From an uncultured Thermococci archaeon (lineage in GTDB: Archaea > Methanobacteriota_B > Thermococci > Methanofastidiosales > B48-G16): 64,000 nucleotides of DNA. The position numbers were made by a program, and so were the translations under genes. The notes below the pieces were generated by a model. That model saw nothing but the letters and a program-made list of their open reading frames with translations, did no database searches and was not told the origin of the DNA. Shown here one piece after another: positions 8,672-19,566 of the stretch (position 1 is the stretch's first letter; each line of letters opens with the position of its first letter). The stretch covers positions 36,619 to 100,618 of the forward strand of contig CAZQQT010000009.1 of assembly GCA_964595645.1 (NCBI GenBank), written 5' to 3'.

Positions 8672-10036
8672 CTACTCACCTATAAATCTTCTAAGTGCGG
8701 GGAACATCTCGCTCATCTGTTCCTTCATGAGCTCTTCGTACAGTCTGTACACAATACCAACGGTCAACAAAATTCCCGTTCCTGTACCTACTGCACCTGT
8801 AAAATCAGCCATCGTTGCTATCAGTCCAACGGTGGCCCCGCCCATTACCGTGACCTGTGGTATATATCTAGAAAGAACCTTTTTAAGAATTCTGGGATCC
8901 TTCCTGAACCCCGGGATCTGCATTCCCGAACGCTGCAGTTTTTTAGCCACAGCCTCCGGTCCCATCTGTGTCAGTTCAACCCAGAGTACTGCAAAAAAAA
9001 TGCAGAGAGCCACCACTATCAAAAGATACACTATCGCCTCAAATGGTGTCTGCGTGAGACTCTCGATTCCCCGCGGCGGTTGCAGATACTTCACAAGCCC
9101 TGACACAGCGTTATCACCTTGAAACGTCCCGAGCCATGTAATTCCTCTACTGCTCAAAACTCTAGCCATGAGCACTACGTTTGAAAACATTGCCCATGTC
9201 AGAATCATCGGAATATTCGAGGCATAAATAAATCTGATAGGGTATCTACCTCGAATACCCTTGTACTTTCCATACGAAAGTGGTATTTCTACTCTGATAG
9301 ATTCCATATACACAACAATGAGGAATATCACCACGGTGAAGGCAATCTGATCCATCCCTACGAGGGAACTTCCAGTTCTCCTCCAGACCGGATTCCCCTC
9401 AATGAATGATTTGATAAACTGAGGAATTCCACCTATCAGCTGGCCAGGAACTGCCTCGCTCCCGAGAAAGCTGAAAGACCTCCAGATTATCTGTGCGGAG
9501 ACTCTTCCTGCAATGAACAACGAAATTCCTGATCCGAATCCCCATTTCGTCACAACCTCATCCATTATCAGAACTAAAATTCCACCAAGTGCCATTTGGA
9601 AAACAACGATGGCAAAGAATCCTTCTTGTGCCAGTCCTTGTCCCCGAACCATGGCAAAAGCTTCAAAAACACAGAGAGCAATCGCTAACAGTTTCTGTGT
9701 ACCCTGGAATATTTCTTTACCCTGATGTGATGTAATATCCAGATCGATGAGATCAGAACCAACAAGGAGCTGCATTACAATTCCCGCTGTCACTACGGGA
9801 CCGATACCGAGATGAAGAATGCTCCCACTATTTCCTGCCAGTACCGTTCTTAGACTGGCAAGCCAGTCTGTTGCCTGCGCACTCAGACCGTAAAGAGGTA
9901 TCTGTGCCAGAGCAAAGTAGACACTCAATACAACGATGCTCCACAACAACTTCTCTCTAAATGAGACGTGTCTTTTCGGCCCTGATACTTCAGGGAGAAA
10001 CCGAAATAACGGGGAAAGCACTTCTAATTTAGACAT
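8672..10036 (-). CDS. secY: Preprotein translocase SecY
   Basis: LGIGPVVTAGIVMQLL, GSGISLFIA, YASNIPMI, GMQIPGFR, GTGILLTVGI. Confidence 0.98.
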   Translation of the reverse strand: MSKLEVLSPLFRFLPEVSGPKRHVSFREKLLWSIVVLSVYFALAQIPLYGLSAQATDWLASLRTVLAGNSGSILHLGIGPVVTAGIVMQLLVGSDLIDLDITSHQGKEIFQGTQKLLAIALCVFEAFAMVRGQGLAQEGFFAIVVFQMALGGILVLIMDEVVTKWGFGSGISLFIAGRVSAQIIWRSFSFLGSEAVPGQLIGGIPQFIKSFIEGNPVWRRTGSSLVGMDQIAFTVVIFLIVVYMESIRVEIPLSYGKYKGIRGRYPIRFIYASNIPMILTWAMFSNVVLMARVLSSRGITWLGTFQGDNAVSGLVKYLQPPRGIESLTQTPFEAIVYLLIVVALCIFFAVLWVELTQMGPEAVAKKLQRSGMQIPGFRKDPRILKKVLSRYIPQVTVMGGATVGLIATMADFTGAVGTGTGILLTVGIVYRLYEELMKEQMSEMFPALRRFIGE

Positions 10037-10469
10037 TCGTGTCACCTATAATTGTCTCTCCACCCATCTCTTCTATCTTTGTTTTTGCGCTCTCTGAAAA
10101 ATTTTCTGCCTTCACAGAGAACTTTCGTGTGAGATGTCCTTTTCCGAGAACCTTCGATGCACCGAGTTTTGACACATCCACAAGTATCGTATTCTTTTTC
10201 TTCACGGCAATATCTTTTTCCAGCAGTTTGTCAATATTATCATTGAGATATCGGAGGTTGACGATGGATTCATCTTTTTTCAGTTTTGGAGGTCGTGTGA
10301 ATCCGCGTTTACCGAGGTGTCCGGGTGTGTATTTATGTCTCGCTCTCTTCCCTGATCCAGCATTGCCGCGTCCACCTCTGTTGCCTGCACCTTTTCTATT
10401 TTTCGAAGAACCTCCTCCGCAACGTCGTGAACCTCGTTTCTTGTAGGTCTTTTTTCTCTTTCTTCTCAT
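10029..10469 (-). CDS. rpl15: 50S ribosomal protein uL15
   Basis: GNRGGRGNAG, KVLGKG, FSESAKTKIEEMGG. Confidence 0.96.
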   Translation of the reverse strand: MRRKRKKTYKKRGSRRCGGGSSKNRKGAGNRGGRGNAGSGKRARHKYTPGHLGKRGFTRPPKLKKDESIVNLRYLNDNIDKLLEKDIAVKKKNTILVDVSKLGASKVLGKGHLTRKFSVKAENFSESAKTKIEEMGGETIIGDTNV

Positions 10470-10477
10470 ACGATCAC

Positions 10478-10939
10478 CTAAATAATCCTTTTGAGTAAAG
10501 AATTAATTTCTTTTCCTCTATATCCTGAAGATCCTCCTTGTGCATAATTCAAACTCACGTTTTTATACCCTTTACTAGGAGGATGTAATCTGAAGATTTT
10601 TTTTATTCCGAGATCGTCAAGATCTGCTCTTGACTCAAAAAAATCATCCACGTACTCTTCTACTGTTTTTCCTGTCTTCTCTTGTATATATTCTTCATCT
10701 ATTCGTCTATCGCCTGGAAGCCTCCCCCACTTCAATAAAAGCGGGGTGAAGATTTCTTTATCAATTTCTCCAAAAGTCACATGATCCTTTACCTTCTGCA
10801 ACATTCCTTTATACGATGCTCTATCATCAATAACTATACAGTGATGGGGTTTTTCGAGTCGAAGCATGTGCAACGTATCTCGTGTTTCTTTCTCTACGTT
10901 TACCGTTCCTCTAAGTCGTAGCACTGCAAGTTTACTCAT
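10478..10939 (-). CDS. rpl30: 50S ribosomal protein uL30 (archaeal long form)
   Basis: [32 protein letters not shown]. Confidence 0.95.
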   Translation of the reverse strand: MSKLAVLRLRGTVNVEKETRDTLHMLRLEKPHHCIVIDDRASYKGMLQKVKDHVTFGEIDKEIFTPLLLKWGRLPGDRRIDEEYIQEKTGKTVEEYVDDFFESRADLDDLGIKKIFRLHPPSKGYKNVSLNYAQGGSSGYRGKEINSLLKRII

Positions 10940-11666
10940 TAGATTCACCCTCCTCTCCATTCGACGATTTTTCGGACGTGTCTTTAGTGGGTTCTTCCTC
11001 TGATTTGTCTTTCACTACACCACTGGTTATTCCAATCCTCTTTACGTGTCGGTCCTGATAACTCATTTTATTGAGATTTCTCAAAGAGTTAAACACCGCT
11101 TTTGCTAAGTTAAGTGTCGTTTGTGTCTGTCCAAAGGCCTGTGACCAGATATCGGTAATTCCAGCGAGACTGAGCACCTTTCTTCCTACTTCACCTATCG
11201 CAAGACCCAGTCCACGAGGCGCAGGTAAAAGTGTGACCTCTACTGTTGAAGATTTGCCTGTGACCTTAAAAGGAATAGAGTGTGGCGTTCCACAGCCGCA
11301 CTCCCATGAGCCGCATCCTCGTTTTATACTTATCAGATTCAGTTTCGCGATATCCATTGATTTCCTAATGGCGGTCCCCACCTCTCCAGCCTTGGCCTGT
11401 CCAAGGCCAACAATACCATTTTTGTTTCCTATAGCTGAGATTACATTAAACTTTACTCGTCTTCCTGAGTCGGTCATCCGCTGGACCATATTTATATCAA
11501 GAATTTCTTGGTTATCTCTGCTTGTAAGCTCAGGGAGCAGTTTGTCCACAATTTCTGATTCTTTGATATCGTATCCTCCTGAAATAATCTCTTCGATGCT
11601 TGTAATCTCACCCGCCTTTACCTTCCTTCCAAGGCTCGTCTTTGGTCTCCATTCACCATTGCTCAT
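10932..11666 (-). CDS. rps5: 30S ribosomal protein uS5
   Basis: [36 protein letters not shown]. Confidence 0.98.
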   Translation of the reverse strand: MSNGEWRPKTSLGRKVKAGEITSIEEIISGGYDIKESEIVDKLLPELTSRDNQEILDINMVQRMTDSGRRVKFNVISAIGNKNGIVGLGQAKAGEVGTAIRKSMDIAKLNLISIKRGCGSWECGCGTPHSIPFKVTGKSSTVEVTLLPAPRGLGLAIGEVGRKVLSLAGITDIWSQAFGQTQTTLNLAKAVFNSLRNLNKMSYQDRHVKRIGITSGVVKDKSEEEPTKDTSEKSSNGEEGESNE

Positions 11667-12226
11667 ACAATCTCCTCGATTTTACTTTTAATCTCATCAA
11701 AATGATCGGGCAGCTCTTCAGGTTTTAATCCTCTTTCAAGGTACCCACCGAACTGCTGTGAGTACTTCTCCTCATCAAGATTTGATGCATACTCGGCGAT
11801 ATGTTCTCCACGCACTCTCGTATCATCGGGAAGTACCTTTTTATTATGTGGTACTTCAACTCCTGCATCTATCACTCCCTTGAGGGATGCAAAAATATTT
11901 GCTCCTTTGGTAGCAGAATTAAGTCCAATGTCCGGTACGATACCGTCCACCTCCTCCTTCTTCATCCTATATCCACAAAGAAGACCTGTCAAATAGGCAG
12001 CAGTACTATTCCCACAGTATCCCTTGTACCCAAACTTCTCAAGCTCCTTAGAGTGTGCGGAGACCACCACATGATCTCCCTCCTTTCTCGCTTCCACTAC
12101 CTGAACACTCATATGACTCAGTGAGGGTCTGATTACTAGCCTATCCTTTCCTGACTTTATTAGCTTGTACCGTTGATCATAATCCGTGATTCCCTTTCTT
12201 CTCCTTTTAAATACTTTTCTTCTCAT
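11663..12226 (-). CDS. rpl18: 50S ribosomal protein uL18
   Basis: [31 protein letters not shown]. Confidence 0.96.
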   Translation of the reverse strand: MRRKVFKRRRKGITDYDQRYKLIKSGKDRLVIRPSLSHMSVQVVEARKEGDHVVVSAHSKELEKFGYKGYCGNSTAAYLTGLLCGYRMKKEEVDGIVPDIGLNSATKGANIFASLKGVIDAGVEVPHNKKVLPDDTRVRGEHIAEYASNLDEEKYSQQFGGYLERGLKPEELPDHFDEIKSKIEEIV

Positions 12227-12230
12227 TCGA

Positions 12231-12677
12231 TCACCGTTTCATATCATGTTCATTTATATAAGATTTCATATGGGCCACGCTTCTAAACGCCCCACTGCTT
12301 GCCATATTGTAAAGTTTTCGATAATTTCGACTATCAAGTTTTTCCTCTTTTTTTAATTCTTTAAGTTTTTTTCTCAAGGGTCTTATTTTATTTATCCACG
12401 CCCTTTTTTTGTTTAATCGAGCAGTTTTCTTTCCCTTTCTTTTTCCTTGACCTCTTCTTCTTCCCTTCTTTTTCTTTTCATGAAGAGTTCTTGCTCTTCC
12501 TCTACTCGTGGACTTTTTCGGCTTTTTCTTTATCACGTCGTCCTTTATCAGCCTTCTCACATCCCCTCGCGTGATTGCCATGGAGACTCTCTCCTCTTCT
12601 TTTGGGTCTATCCAAATCCTATTCTTTCCACATTCGAGGATGTCTGCTGCAAGTCTCTTCTGTACTTTTACGTCCAT
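12231..12677 (-). CDS. rpl19e: 50S ribosomal protein eL19
   Basis: QKRLAADIL, RIWIDP, SRGRAR, GKRKG. Confidence 0.97.
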   Translation of the reverse strand: MDVKVQKRLAADILECGKNRIWIDPKEEERVSMAITRGDVRRLIKDDVIKKKPKKSTSRGRARTLHEKKKKGRRRGQGKRKGKKTARLNKKRAWINKIRPLRKKLKELKKEEKLDSRNYRKLYNMASSGAFRSVAHMKSYINEHDMKR

Positions 12678-12682
12678 AAATA

Positions 12683-13213
12683 TCACTCCTGAAGATCGAT
12701 TTCTAGCTCTTCTGCTTTTTCCAGTACTTCTTCTCTCTCCTCATCTATTAATTTCTTTGAGATGATGAAACGTTCAATGTAATCCCTAATTTCTAAGTTA
12801 TCTTCCATGTCTTCAACATTACTTACCTTAACAAACTTTATTTTTGGATTTAATACTTTCAATCCCTTTTCCAGCGCCTTTTTGAGGACCTCAATTTTCT
12901 TTTTTGTTCCAATACTCCCTATTCTCACAACGACATCTTCGTCAATATCTTCAAGATCCTTCGGGGCGTGAACAAGCGCCTCCGGTGCACCACAGGGATG
13001 GTAATCTCGTACGTCCTTTGGTCCCCTGTAGCCTACTTTCACCACAGGAAGTCTCCCCTTAAGTTCTTTTCTCGTCTTTGAAGAATGTCCGCGGGGTCTT
13101 TTCCATTTTGCATTGCGTCCCAATCGTATATGCTTCCATGACTCCTGGCTCACAAAATTCGGTTTTTTTCTTTTTTTCTTCTCTCTGGCTCTCAATGAAT
13201 CTTCCTTTGACAT
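12683..13213 (-). CDS. rpl32e: 50S ribosomal protein eL32 with about 50-aa acidic C-terminal extension
   Basis: KPNFVSQE, WKRPRG, VGYRGP, HPCG; extra sequence after KVLNP. Confidence 0.93.
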   Translation of the reverse strand: MSKEDSLRAREKKKRKKPNFVSQESWKHIRLGRNAKWKRPRGHSSKTRKELKGRLPVVKVGYRGPKDVRDYHPCGAPEALVHAPKDLEDIDEDVVVRIGSIGTKKKIEVLKKALEKGLKVLNPKIKFVKVSNVEDMEDNLEIRDYIERFIISKKLIDEEREEVLEKAEELEIDLQE

Positions 13214-13215
13214 TT

Positions 13216-13743
13216 TTATGCACCCTCAACGAGATAAATACCGTCCTGAAATACCCGTACATCTCTTTTGTTAATTCGGGTAGCCTGTTCTATATTTGCA
13301 GCTGTTTGACCTACTTCTTCTTTTTTTATCCCTTCTACGAGTATTGTATCTTTTTTCACTTTTACTGTCGTATCTCCAACAATTTTTGCGTGTCGTGGAT
13401 GGTTCTCACCCAAAAAGTTATTGATCACAACCCTATTTCCATCGACCTTCACATTCATTGGAAAGTGAGCATACACAATCTTTAATGTATATGTAAATCC
13501 CTCTGTTACTCCTGTGATCATATTGGCTATATGTGCTTTTGTCGTTCGTATCATCGCCATATCCCTCTTTCTCGTGGAAGAAGATGAGATTTCAAGTTTT
13601 CCATTTTTTTCTTTAATTTGTAGGGTTGGATGATTAAAGAGACGCCGCAATTCCCCGTTCTCACCCTTGACAATGATGGAATCTCCTTCCCGTGTGAGTG
13701 TCACATTTTCTGGAATTTCAATTACTTCTATACTTACCGCCAT
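13216..13743 (-). CDS. rpl6: 50S ribosomal protein uL6
   Basis: [29 protein letters not shown]. Confidence 0.97.
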   Translation of the reverse strand: MAVSIEVIEIPENVTLTREGDSIIVKGENGELRRLFNHPTLQIKEKNGKLEISSSSTRKRDMAMIRTTKAHIANMITGVTEGFTYTLKIVYAHFPMNVKVDGNRVVINNFLGENHPRHAKIVGDTTVKVKKDTILVEGIKKEEVGQTAANIEQATRINKRDVRVFQDGIYLVEGA

Positions 13744-13752
13744 CGATATCAC

Positions 13753-14139
13753 CTAGTATACATATGCTAACAGTCTCCCGCCAGTGCCGTCTTCATACGC
13801 ATCCTTATGGCTCATGACGCCCCGCTGTGTCGATACGAGCAAGATACCAAAATCTCTTGCTGGCAAGAACCGTTTTTCCCAGTCTTCATACTCATCTTTT
13901 TTCACAGCTTGTCGCGGTTTTATCACGCCACATTTATTTATGTTTCCTACAAGTTCTATCTTAAACTTTCCAGATTTCCCATCATCGATGAACTCAAAGG
14001 AACCAATATATCCATAATCCTGCATTATTTTCAGTATATTTCCAATCAATTTTGATGCCGGAACTGTAATTTCACTTTTTCTGGCGTCTTCATAATTTGT
14101 TATGCTGGATAACACATCTGCAAGTGGATCGCTTGACAT
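13753..14139 (-). CDS. rps8: 30S ribosomal protein uS8
   Basis: [28 protein letters not shown]. Confidence 0.97.
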   Translation of the reverse strand: MSSDPLADVLSSITNYEDARKSEITVPASKLIGNILKIMQDYGYIGSFEFIDDGKSGKFKIELVGNINKCGVIKPRQAVKKDEYEDWEKRFLPARDFGILLVSTQRGVMSHKDAYEDGTGGRLLAYVY

Positions 14140-14149
14140 TCTCAACACC

Positions 14150-14287
14150 TCACGTATATTTTTTGAACCCTAGCTTCGGTGCCACTTCTCTAAAGCAGCG
14201 CCGGCAGAGATATAATCCGTATTTTCGTATCACAGCCTCATGGCTGCCACATCTCCTGCATTTTACGTTATGTTTCTTTTCACTCAT
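14150..14287 (-). CDS. rps14: 30S ribosomal protein uS14 (Zn ribbon; absent from ORF track)
   Basis: Manual translation [45 protein letters not shown], between L5 and S8. Confidence 0.95.
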   Translation of the reverse strand: MSEKKHNVKCRRCGSHEAVIRKYGLYLCRRCFREVAPKLGFKKYT

Positions 14288-14789
14288 TAATCTTCACCTT
14301 AAACTTTTTTTTGACGAAATTTATTCCCTCTTGTTTTGTTATTCTGTGATTTGGAGAAATTTTTCTCTGCTGGATCCTTCTTCTCTTGATTCTATATCCG
14401 GGCCTTTCAAGTGCCACGCAGACATCCATGCCAAAAATACCTACTTTGGGGTCGTAGGTTACACCAGGAAGATCAATATGTTCATTAATGCCGAATGAGA
14501 AATTACCATACTCATCAAAATTACGTGAGTTTATCTCACTCTCTACCGCCTCAAAAGCATCTTCTAAAAATTTATGAGCTTTTTTACCACGCAACGTCAC
14601 CTTTGCTGCAATGGGGAGATCTTTTCTAATGTTGAAGTCCTTGTTAGTCTGTTTCGCCTTCCGCTTCATTGGTTTTTGGTTTGTGAGTTCTTCTAGGAGA
14701 GAAATCGCTTTAGTGAGTCGTTCTCCCGACTCTCCCAAACACATATTCACGACTACCTTGTGAATTCTCGGCTCTTCCATCTCATGCAT
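14280..14789 (-). CDS. rpl5: 50S ribosomal protein uL5
   Basis: KVVVNM, KVTLRG, GNFSFGI, GIFGMDV. Confidence 0.97.
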   Translation of the reverse strand: MHEMEEPRIHKVVVNMCLGESGERLTKAISLLEELTNQKPMKRKAKQTNKDFNIRKDLPIAAKVTLRGKKAHKFLEDAFEAVESEINSRNFDEYGNFSFGINEHIDLPGVTYDPKVGIFGMDVCVALERPGYRIKRRRIQQRKISPNHRITKQEGINFVKKKFKVKINE

Positions 14790-15512
14790 TTATATCTCCT
14801 CCGGTAGTGAAATGAGAGGGCTTTTTTTGCCAACAACGTAAACGTAATCTCTCAATGTTTTAAACTTCTCGTGTTCGCTCTGCAGGATAACTGTTGTCTC
14901 TTTTCCCTCTTCTACTTCAATTTCAACGATTTTTCCAGTTTTGGAAACATTATTCCCATCTATTGCTAGGCCCAGCACGCCCTTTTTGAACGGGACATGC
15001 TCTTTTATCTTCTTTTTACTTAGATCATACAGTACAGTATCGTGAACGTTATACGTATTATCTGCCAGTATATTTGTCCCATCGTGGAGGTTCAACTGAA
15101 TCGATCCTCCTTTTAAGATTTGTTTGCCAGCGATGTTGAAAAGTTTGAGATCCTTTTCCTTCTTCTTTATCCCATAAGGGTAAAGTTCTCCTTTTCTATT
15201 GGGAAGGATCCTATAGTACTCTTCTGTTTTTGGTATTTCTACAATATCCATCACGCCAAGGGGAATCCTTTCTTCCTTTATTGTTTTTCCGTCTACAAGA
15301 ACCAATCCATTATTTAAGATCATTTTTGCCTCTTTTCTCGTCTTTGCGTATCCAAGATAGTCTCGTAGGATAAAAAGTAACGGAATCGATGTTGTACCTG
15401 AATGTGGGCCTGGTTTTGGCTTTATTGTCCACGTCTTTTCCTTCCTAGGTATTCCCCATGTCTTTGGGGCCTTTGATCGTTTCATGCTCTTACTTTCTCC
15501 ATACTTGGTCAT
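14790..15512 (-). CDS. rps4e: 30S ribosomal protein eS4
   Basis: PKPGPH, LRDYLGYA, QLNLHDG. Confidence 0.96.
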   Translation of the reverse strand: MTKYGESKSMKRSKAPKTWGIPRKEKTWTIKPKPGPHSGTTSIPLLFILRDYLGYAKTRKEAKMILNNGLVLVDGKTIKEERIPLGVMDIVEIPKTEEYYRILPNRKGELYPYGIKKKEKDLKLFNIAGKQILKGGSIQLNLHDGTNILADNTYNVHDTVLYDLSKKKIKEHVPFKKGVLGLAIDGNNVSKTGKIVEIEVEEGKETTVILQSEHEKFKTLRDYVYVVGKKSPLISLPEEI

Positions 15513-15865
15513 AGTCCTCTCCTCTCTACGAGTTCTCTTCTTTCGTCATCCCCAAGATCCATTTCAATTATCTCGAGATTGGATGGGTGGAACGGTATGT
15601 TTACCTCTGAACCATCTGTCTTCTCTGCTGTTACATCTTCAATGAATACTCTACTATTCTTTAGGTCTACTTTCATGACCTCACCTTCTGAGTAAATATA
15701 ATCTCCTCTCAGCACCCTTACCTTGTCTCCTTTTCGTATCGGTACATTTCTTATACCATATTCTTCTCGCAGATCAGCTGAGAGATGTGCTGACATAAAT
15801 TTTTGTTTTTTATGTAAAGGTGCACCAAGTTGTCTCTTCCTCTGCTTTTTTTTCTTCTTTGTCAT
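15509..15865 (-). CDS. rpl24: 50S ribosomal protein uL24
   Basis: APLH, KOW motif RKGDKVRVLRG, HPSN. Confidence 0.96.
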   Translation of the reverse strand: MTKKKKKQRKRQLGAPLHKKQKFMSAHLSADLREEYGIRNVPIRKGDKVRVLRGDYIYSEGEVMKVDLKNSRVFIEDVTAEKTDGSEVNIPFHPSNLEIIEMDLGDDERRELVERRGL

Positions 15866-15875
15866 ATAATCATCC

Positions 15876-16301
15876 TCATAGTATCATGCTTGCGATTCCA
15901 GATAGTCGTACCCACCGTTCAGCGGCCTCCTTGGCCATTGGGCCTTTTATTTCCGAGCCCCTAGGCATCCCATCGGGTGTGACCAGAACGGCTGCATTGT
16001 CCTCAAATTTCACTCGCATTCCATCGAGTCTCTTGTACTCTTTCCTTTGTCGTATAATAATGGCATTGACAACTGTCTTTCGGACATCCGGTTTTCCTTT
16101 TTTTACCGATGCCATTACCATGTCCCCAATCCCAGCGGACGCATGTCTTCGTAGTGTCCCTTTGTATCGCGAGACAGAAATAATCTCAAGTTCTTTCGCA
16201 CCTGTATTGTCTGCACAGATCAGTCTGGAGCCTGTAGATAGTGACCGTGTCGGTCGTACAGGAGATTTGCCTCGTGTCGCTCCTGCTCCTTTCTTTGGCA
16301 T
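15876..16301 (-). CDS. rpl14: 50S ribosomal protein uL14
   Basis: [21 protein letters not shown]. Confidence 0.98.
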   Translation of the reverse strand: MPKKGAGATRGKSPVRPTRSLSTGSRLICADNTGAKELEIISVSRYKGTLRRHASAGIGDMVMASVKKGKPDVRKTVVNAIIIRQRKEYKRLDGMRVKFEDNAAVLVTPDGMPRGSEIKGPMAKEAAERWVRLSGIASMIL

Positions 16302-16582
16302 TAGATCACCTCAACTACAACGAAACTTTTTGTTTTGCTTATTGGTCTACATTCTGCAATTCTCACACTGTCACCTACCTTCGCACCGACACATGGTGGG
16401 TTATGAGCAGTGATCTTTGAAGTCTTCTTCGCGAACCTCTCATACTTCGGGAAAGGTTCTAAAAACTCTCTTTCTACCACTATGCTTTTGCGCATTTTGT
16501 CGCTTACCACAATGCCTTTGAATATTCTTCCACGAGTTTTAAGTGTCCCGTGGAAAGGACAATTTTTATCATCGCATTCCAT
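16301..16582 (-). CDS. rps17: 30S ribosomal protein uS17
   Basis: [24 protein letters not shown]. Confidence 0.96.
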   Translation of the reverse strand: MECDDKNCPFHGTLKTRGRIFKGIVVSDKMRKSIVVEREFLEPFPKYERFAKKTSKITAHNPPCVGAKVGDSVRIAECRPISKTKSFVVVEVI

Positions 16583-16587
16583 TCATT

Positions 16588-16809
16588 TCACCCTTTTATT
16601 CTATTTTCAGGTCTTCCGATTATATCTTCTCCATCTACTACAGTTCCATCATCCAGCTTAATGATAACATCCTTTTTTATGAGTTTTTTTCCAGTATCGA
16701 GGATCAGCATATTTTTTGTTTCATCGATCACGGTACCAGCAATGCCGAGGCATGCCCTATTCGAACTCTTTATTACCTGGATCTTCCTGCCGATGAGCTC
16801 TCTCCTCAT
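16588..16809 (-). CDS. rnp1: RNase P protein Rpp29 (component 1)
   Basis: [22 protein letters not shown]; between SUI1 and S17. Confidence 0.9.
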   Translation of the reverse strand: MRRELIGRKIQVIKSSNRACLGIAGTVIDETKNMLILDTGKKLIKKDVIIKLDDGTVVDGEDIIGRPENRIKG

Positions 16810-17108
16810 GTGATCATGTCTTCACTGTATCCCATGTCAATGAGTATTTTTTTCACTTTTTCAGTGTGATCTCCCTGTAACTCAATTTTTCCATCTTTTA
16901 CCGTTCCGCCGCAAGCACATTTCGATTTCAGCGTTGTTGACAGCTCGTCAAGCTCTATATCATCGCTACTAATGCCTTTGATGACAGTCATCGTCTTCCC
17001 AAATCGGCGGCGGGAGGTATAGATTTCTATTTTTTGTTCCGGCTTCGCAATGTCCTCGCACACACAGAGCTCCTTCGGCAATCCACATTTTGGACATATC
17101 TCTGGCAT
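16806..17108 (-). CDS. sui1: Translation initiation factor aIF1 (SUI1)
   Basis: [34 protein letters not shown]. Confidence 0.95.
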   Translation of the reverse strand: MPEICPKCGLPKELCVCEDIAKPEQKIEIYTSRRRFGKTMTVIKGISSDDIELDELSTTLKSKCACGGTVKDGKIELQGDHTEKVKKILIDMGYSEDMIT

Positions 17109-17314
17109 TACTCCATCCTCTCTTTTTCGTCTAGTAGTGTGTTTATTCGTGCGATAGTTCTCCGTAGTTCTCCAATCCTTCCAGGATTTTCGGGCGCACT
17201 GCCCAGGGCACACATCGCCTTCTCTCTAGAGAACTCAGATTTCAGTTCGCCGAGTTTCTCGTACATCTCCTCGACACTCATCTCTCTGATTTCTTCCTTT
17301 CTTAATATAGCCAT
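17108..17314 (-). CDS. rpl29: 50S ribosomal protein uL29
   Basis: [31 protein letters not shown]. Confidence 0.95.
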   Translation of the reverse strand: MAILRKEEIREMSVEEMYEKLGELKSEFSREKAMCALGSAPENPGRIGELRRTIARINTLLDEKERME

Positions 17315-17315
17315 T

Positions 17316-18002
17316 CTACTCCTCCTTGGCTTTTTCATTCTCTTCCTCATTCTCACTCTTTTCTTCTTTTATTTCTTTTTTAACTTCCTTTTCTTCCTTA
17401 TCTTCTTTCTTATTAAAGATCGTGATTTCATCAGGTAATGTAACATCTGGAGGCATGACTTTCACAGTGACACCCAGCACGCCAAGCTTAACCTTCGCTG
17501 CTGCATATCCTTCGTCCACAAGTTTCTGAGCCGGCTCTCCACATTTTTTGAGATATCCTGTGGTGAATCTCACGGTTCGAGATCGCTGTCCTGTGAGTTT
17601 ACCAGAGATGACTATTTCAGCTCCCTTGGCACCCGCGTCCATGATCCTTCTCAGTACCTTGTATGCCGTCCTTCTATAATGGTATCCTCTCTCAAGATCG
17701 GACGCGGTCCTGTGAGCCATCACATGCGCATTCAATTCCGGTCTTTCTATCTCCTCTACTTCAATCTGGGGATTCTCAAGGGAGAACTTTTCTTCGAGTT
17801 CATCTGTGAGTTGTCGTACTGCTCTGCCTCTTCTTCCGATCGCAAGACCAGGAGTCTCTACATTTACTATTATTCTTGTCCCAAGCGGACCTCTTTTTAT
17901 TTCCGCTCCTCCAAATCCTGCTCTCTCCAATTTATCAGCTAAAAACTCTTCAATGGATGTGTTTTTAAGATTTTCCTCTATGATCTTCCGTTCAAGCACC
18001 AT
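17316..18002 (-). CDS. rps3: 30S ribosomal protein uS3
   Basis: PGLAIGRRG KH motif, GAKGAEIVISGKL. Confidence 0.97.
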   Translation of the reverse strand: MVLERKIIEENLKNTSIEEFLADKLERAGFGGAEIKRGPLGTRIIVNVETPGLAIGRRGRAVRQLTDELEEKFSLENPQIEVEEIERPELNAHVMAHRTASDLERGYHYRRTAYKVLRRIMDAGAKGAEIVISGKLTGQRSRTVRFTTGYLKKCGEPAQKLVDEGYAAAKVKLGVLGVTVKVMPPDVTLPDEITIFNKKEDKEEKEVKKEIKEEKSENEEENEKAKEE

Positions 18003-18454
18003 TATGACTCCTCCACTACAAGTTCTATATTTGTCGTATTTTTGTTAAAATCCGTTGCTCTACCGTATGCTCTGGGGATTATTCCGGGAATTGTAATGCC
18101 TTTATACGCAGAAAGATGAACTATCCTCAATTTCCCTGGATCGAGTCCTTTATACTCTGCATTTGCCTCAACTTCCTCCAAAAGTTTTAGAATTCTTTTG
18201 GAAGCTTTTACTGGATATCTCCCTGTATCCCACTTATCAACATTTTTTCTATGCCCTATTTTTTTCCTGTGCTTTTTGAAAGGTATGGCTTTTTTCTTTT
18301 CGATCACTTCATCTAGGTAGTTCTTGGCCTTGCTCAGCTTTTTCCCTCTAAGTTCTCTGCAGATTTCTACTGAGTGTTTTGGAGAGATTCTGAGATTCCT
18401 TCCAAATGCCTTCGCAATCTTCATTTCATCCTCAAACTCGACAGAAAACCCCAT
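18002..18454 (-). CDS. rpl22: 50S ribosomal protein uL22
   Basis: ISPKHSVEIC, GRYPVK, PRAYGRA. Confidence 0.97.
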   Translation of the reverse strand: MGFSVEFEDEMKIAKAFGRNLRISPKHSVEICRELRGKKLSKAKNYLDEVIEKKKAIPFKKHRKKIGHRKNVDKWDTGRYPVKASKRILKLLEEVEANAEYKGLDPGKLRIVHLSAYKGITIPGIIPRAYGRATDFNKNTTNIELVVEES

Positions 18455-18458
18455 CAGA

Positions 18459-18857
18459 TCACCTCAGTGGTACGTACAGTGATGTCTTCGTTGCCCCAAC
18501 TCCTGGAGCCGAATGTTTCACTCTCTGTCTCGTCAGTGCAAACTCACCGATATAATGGCCTATCATCTCGGGTTTTATTTCCAGTGTTTTAAACCCGTTG
18601 CCCTTGTAAATACCGATCTTCAGACCTACCATCTCAGGTAAAACTATCATGTCCCTGCAGTGGGTTTTCAAGATCTCGTCATTTGATGATTTTTTCATTT
18701 CTCGTACCCGTTCCAAAAACTTCTTTTGTTGCTCTGTGAAACCTCTCTTCAGTGATCGTCGTTTTCTGGAAGGAAGTAACGACATAAAGTCATCTATCGA
18801 CATTTTTTCAAGCTCGTTCATTGAATAACCACGATACGTAAAGTCTTTTTTTGCCAT
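18459..18857 (-). CDS. rps19: 30S ribosomal protein uS19
   Basis: FTYRG, KTHCRDMIVLPEMVG, EMIGHYIGEF. Confidence 0.97.
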   Translation of the reverse strand: MAKKDFTYRGYSMNELEKMSIDDFMSLLPSRKRRSLKRGFTEQQKKFLERVREMKKSSNDEILKTHCRDMIVLPEMVGLKIGIYKGNGFKTLEIKPEMIGHYIGEFALTRQRVKHSAPGVGATKTSLYVPLR

Positions 18858-18858
18858 A

Positions 18859-19566
18859 TTATTTCCTCCTTCCAGTTCTTCGTGCAGCGATAAGACCTAC
18901 TTTTCTTCCAGGCGGTGTATTTCTAGAGACAGTGGCAGGTCTTCCAATATGCTGATGACCTCCTCCACCAAAGGGATGATCAACAGCGTTCATCGCCACG
19001 CCTGAAACTCTCAGATGTTTCCCTGCTTTACTCTTATACATATAATATTTCTTTCCTGATTTTATAATGGGTTTCTCTTTTCGCCCGCCACCTGCGACAA
19101 TGCCAATTGTGGCCTTACAATTTGATTTGAAAGGTCTTATTATACCTGAAGGCATTTGAATGACGCACTTATCCTCCTCTTTGGAGAGTAGCACAGCAAA
19201 TGCTCCGGAAGATCGTATAAGTTTGCCTCCATCTCCGGGGACCGTTTCAAGGTTGTGAATATAAGTACCTTCAGGGATATTTTTTAAAGGAAGCCTATTT
19301 CCTATCTTCAACGGCACATCTTCACCTATATATATCTCTTGTCCAGTTTTTATAGACTCAGGAGCAAGTATAAATCTTCCTTCTCCATTTTCAAACAGTA
19401 CCTTTGCAAGAGGAGCAGATCTTGCGGGATCGAAGAGTATATCAACAACCTCACCTTTGAGCACGCCCTCCGTTTTTGGATATTTAGCCTTGTATTTGTA
19501 TCTATGAGAGGGTGCCTTGTATATATCACTTCGGCCTTTTCGTTGAGCTCGTATTCGTTTCCCCAT
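18859..19566 (-). CDS. rpl2: 50S ribosomal protein uL2
   Basis: DPARSAP, PGDGGK, GVAMNAVDHPFGGG. Confidence 0.98.
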   Translation of the reverse strand: MGKRIRAQRKGRSDIYKAPSHRYKYKAKYPKTEGVLKGEVVDILFDPARSAPLAKVLFENGEGRFILAPESIKTGQEIYIGEDVPLKIGNRLPLKNIPEGTYIHNLETVPGDGGKLIRSSGAFAVLLSKEEDKCVIQMPSGIIRPFKSNCKATIGIVAGGGRKEKPIIKSGKKYYMYKSKAGKHLRVSGVAMNAVDHPFGGGGHQHIGRPATVSRNTPPGRKVGLIAARRTGRRK

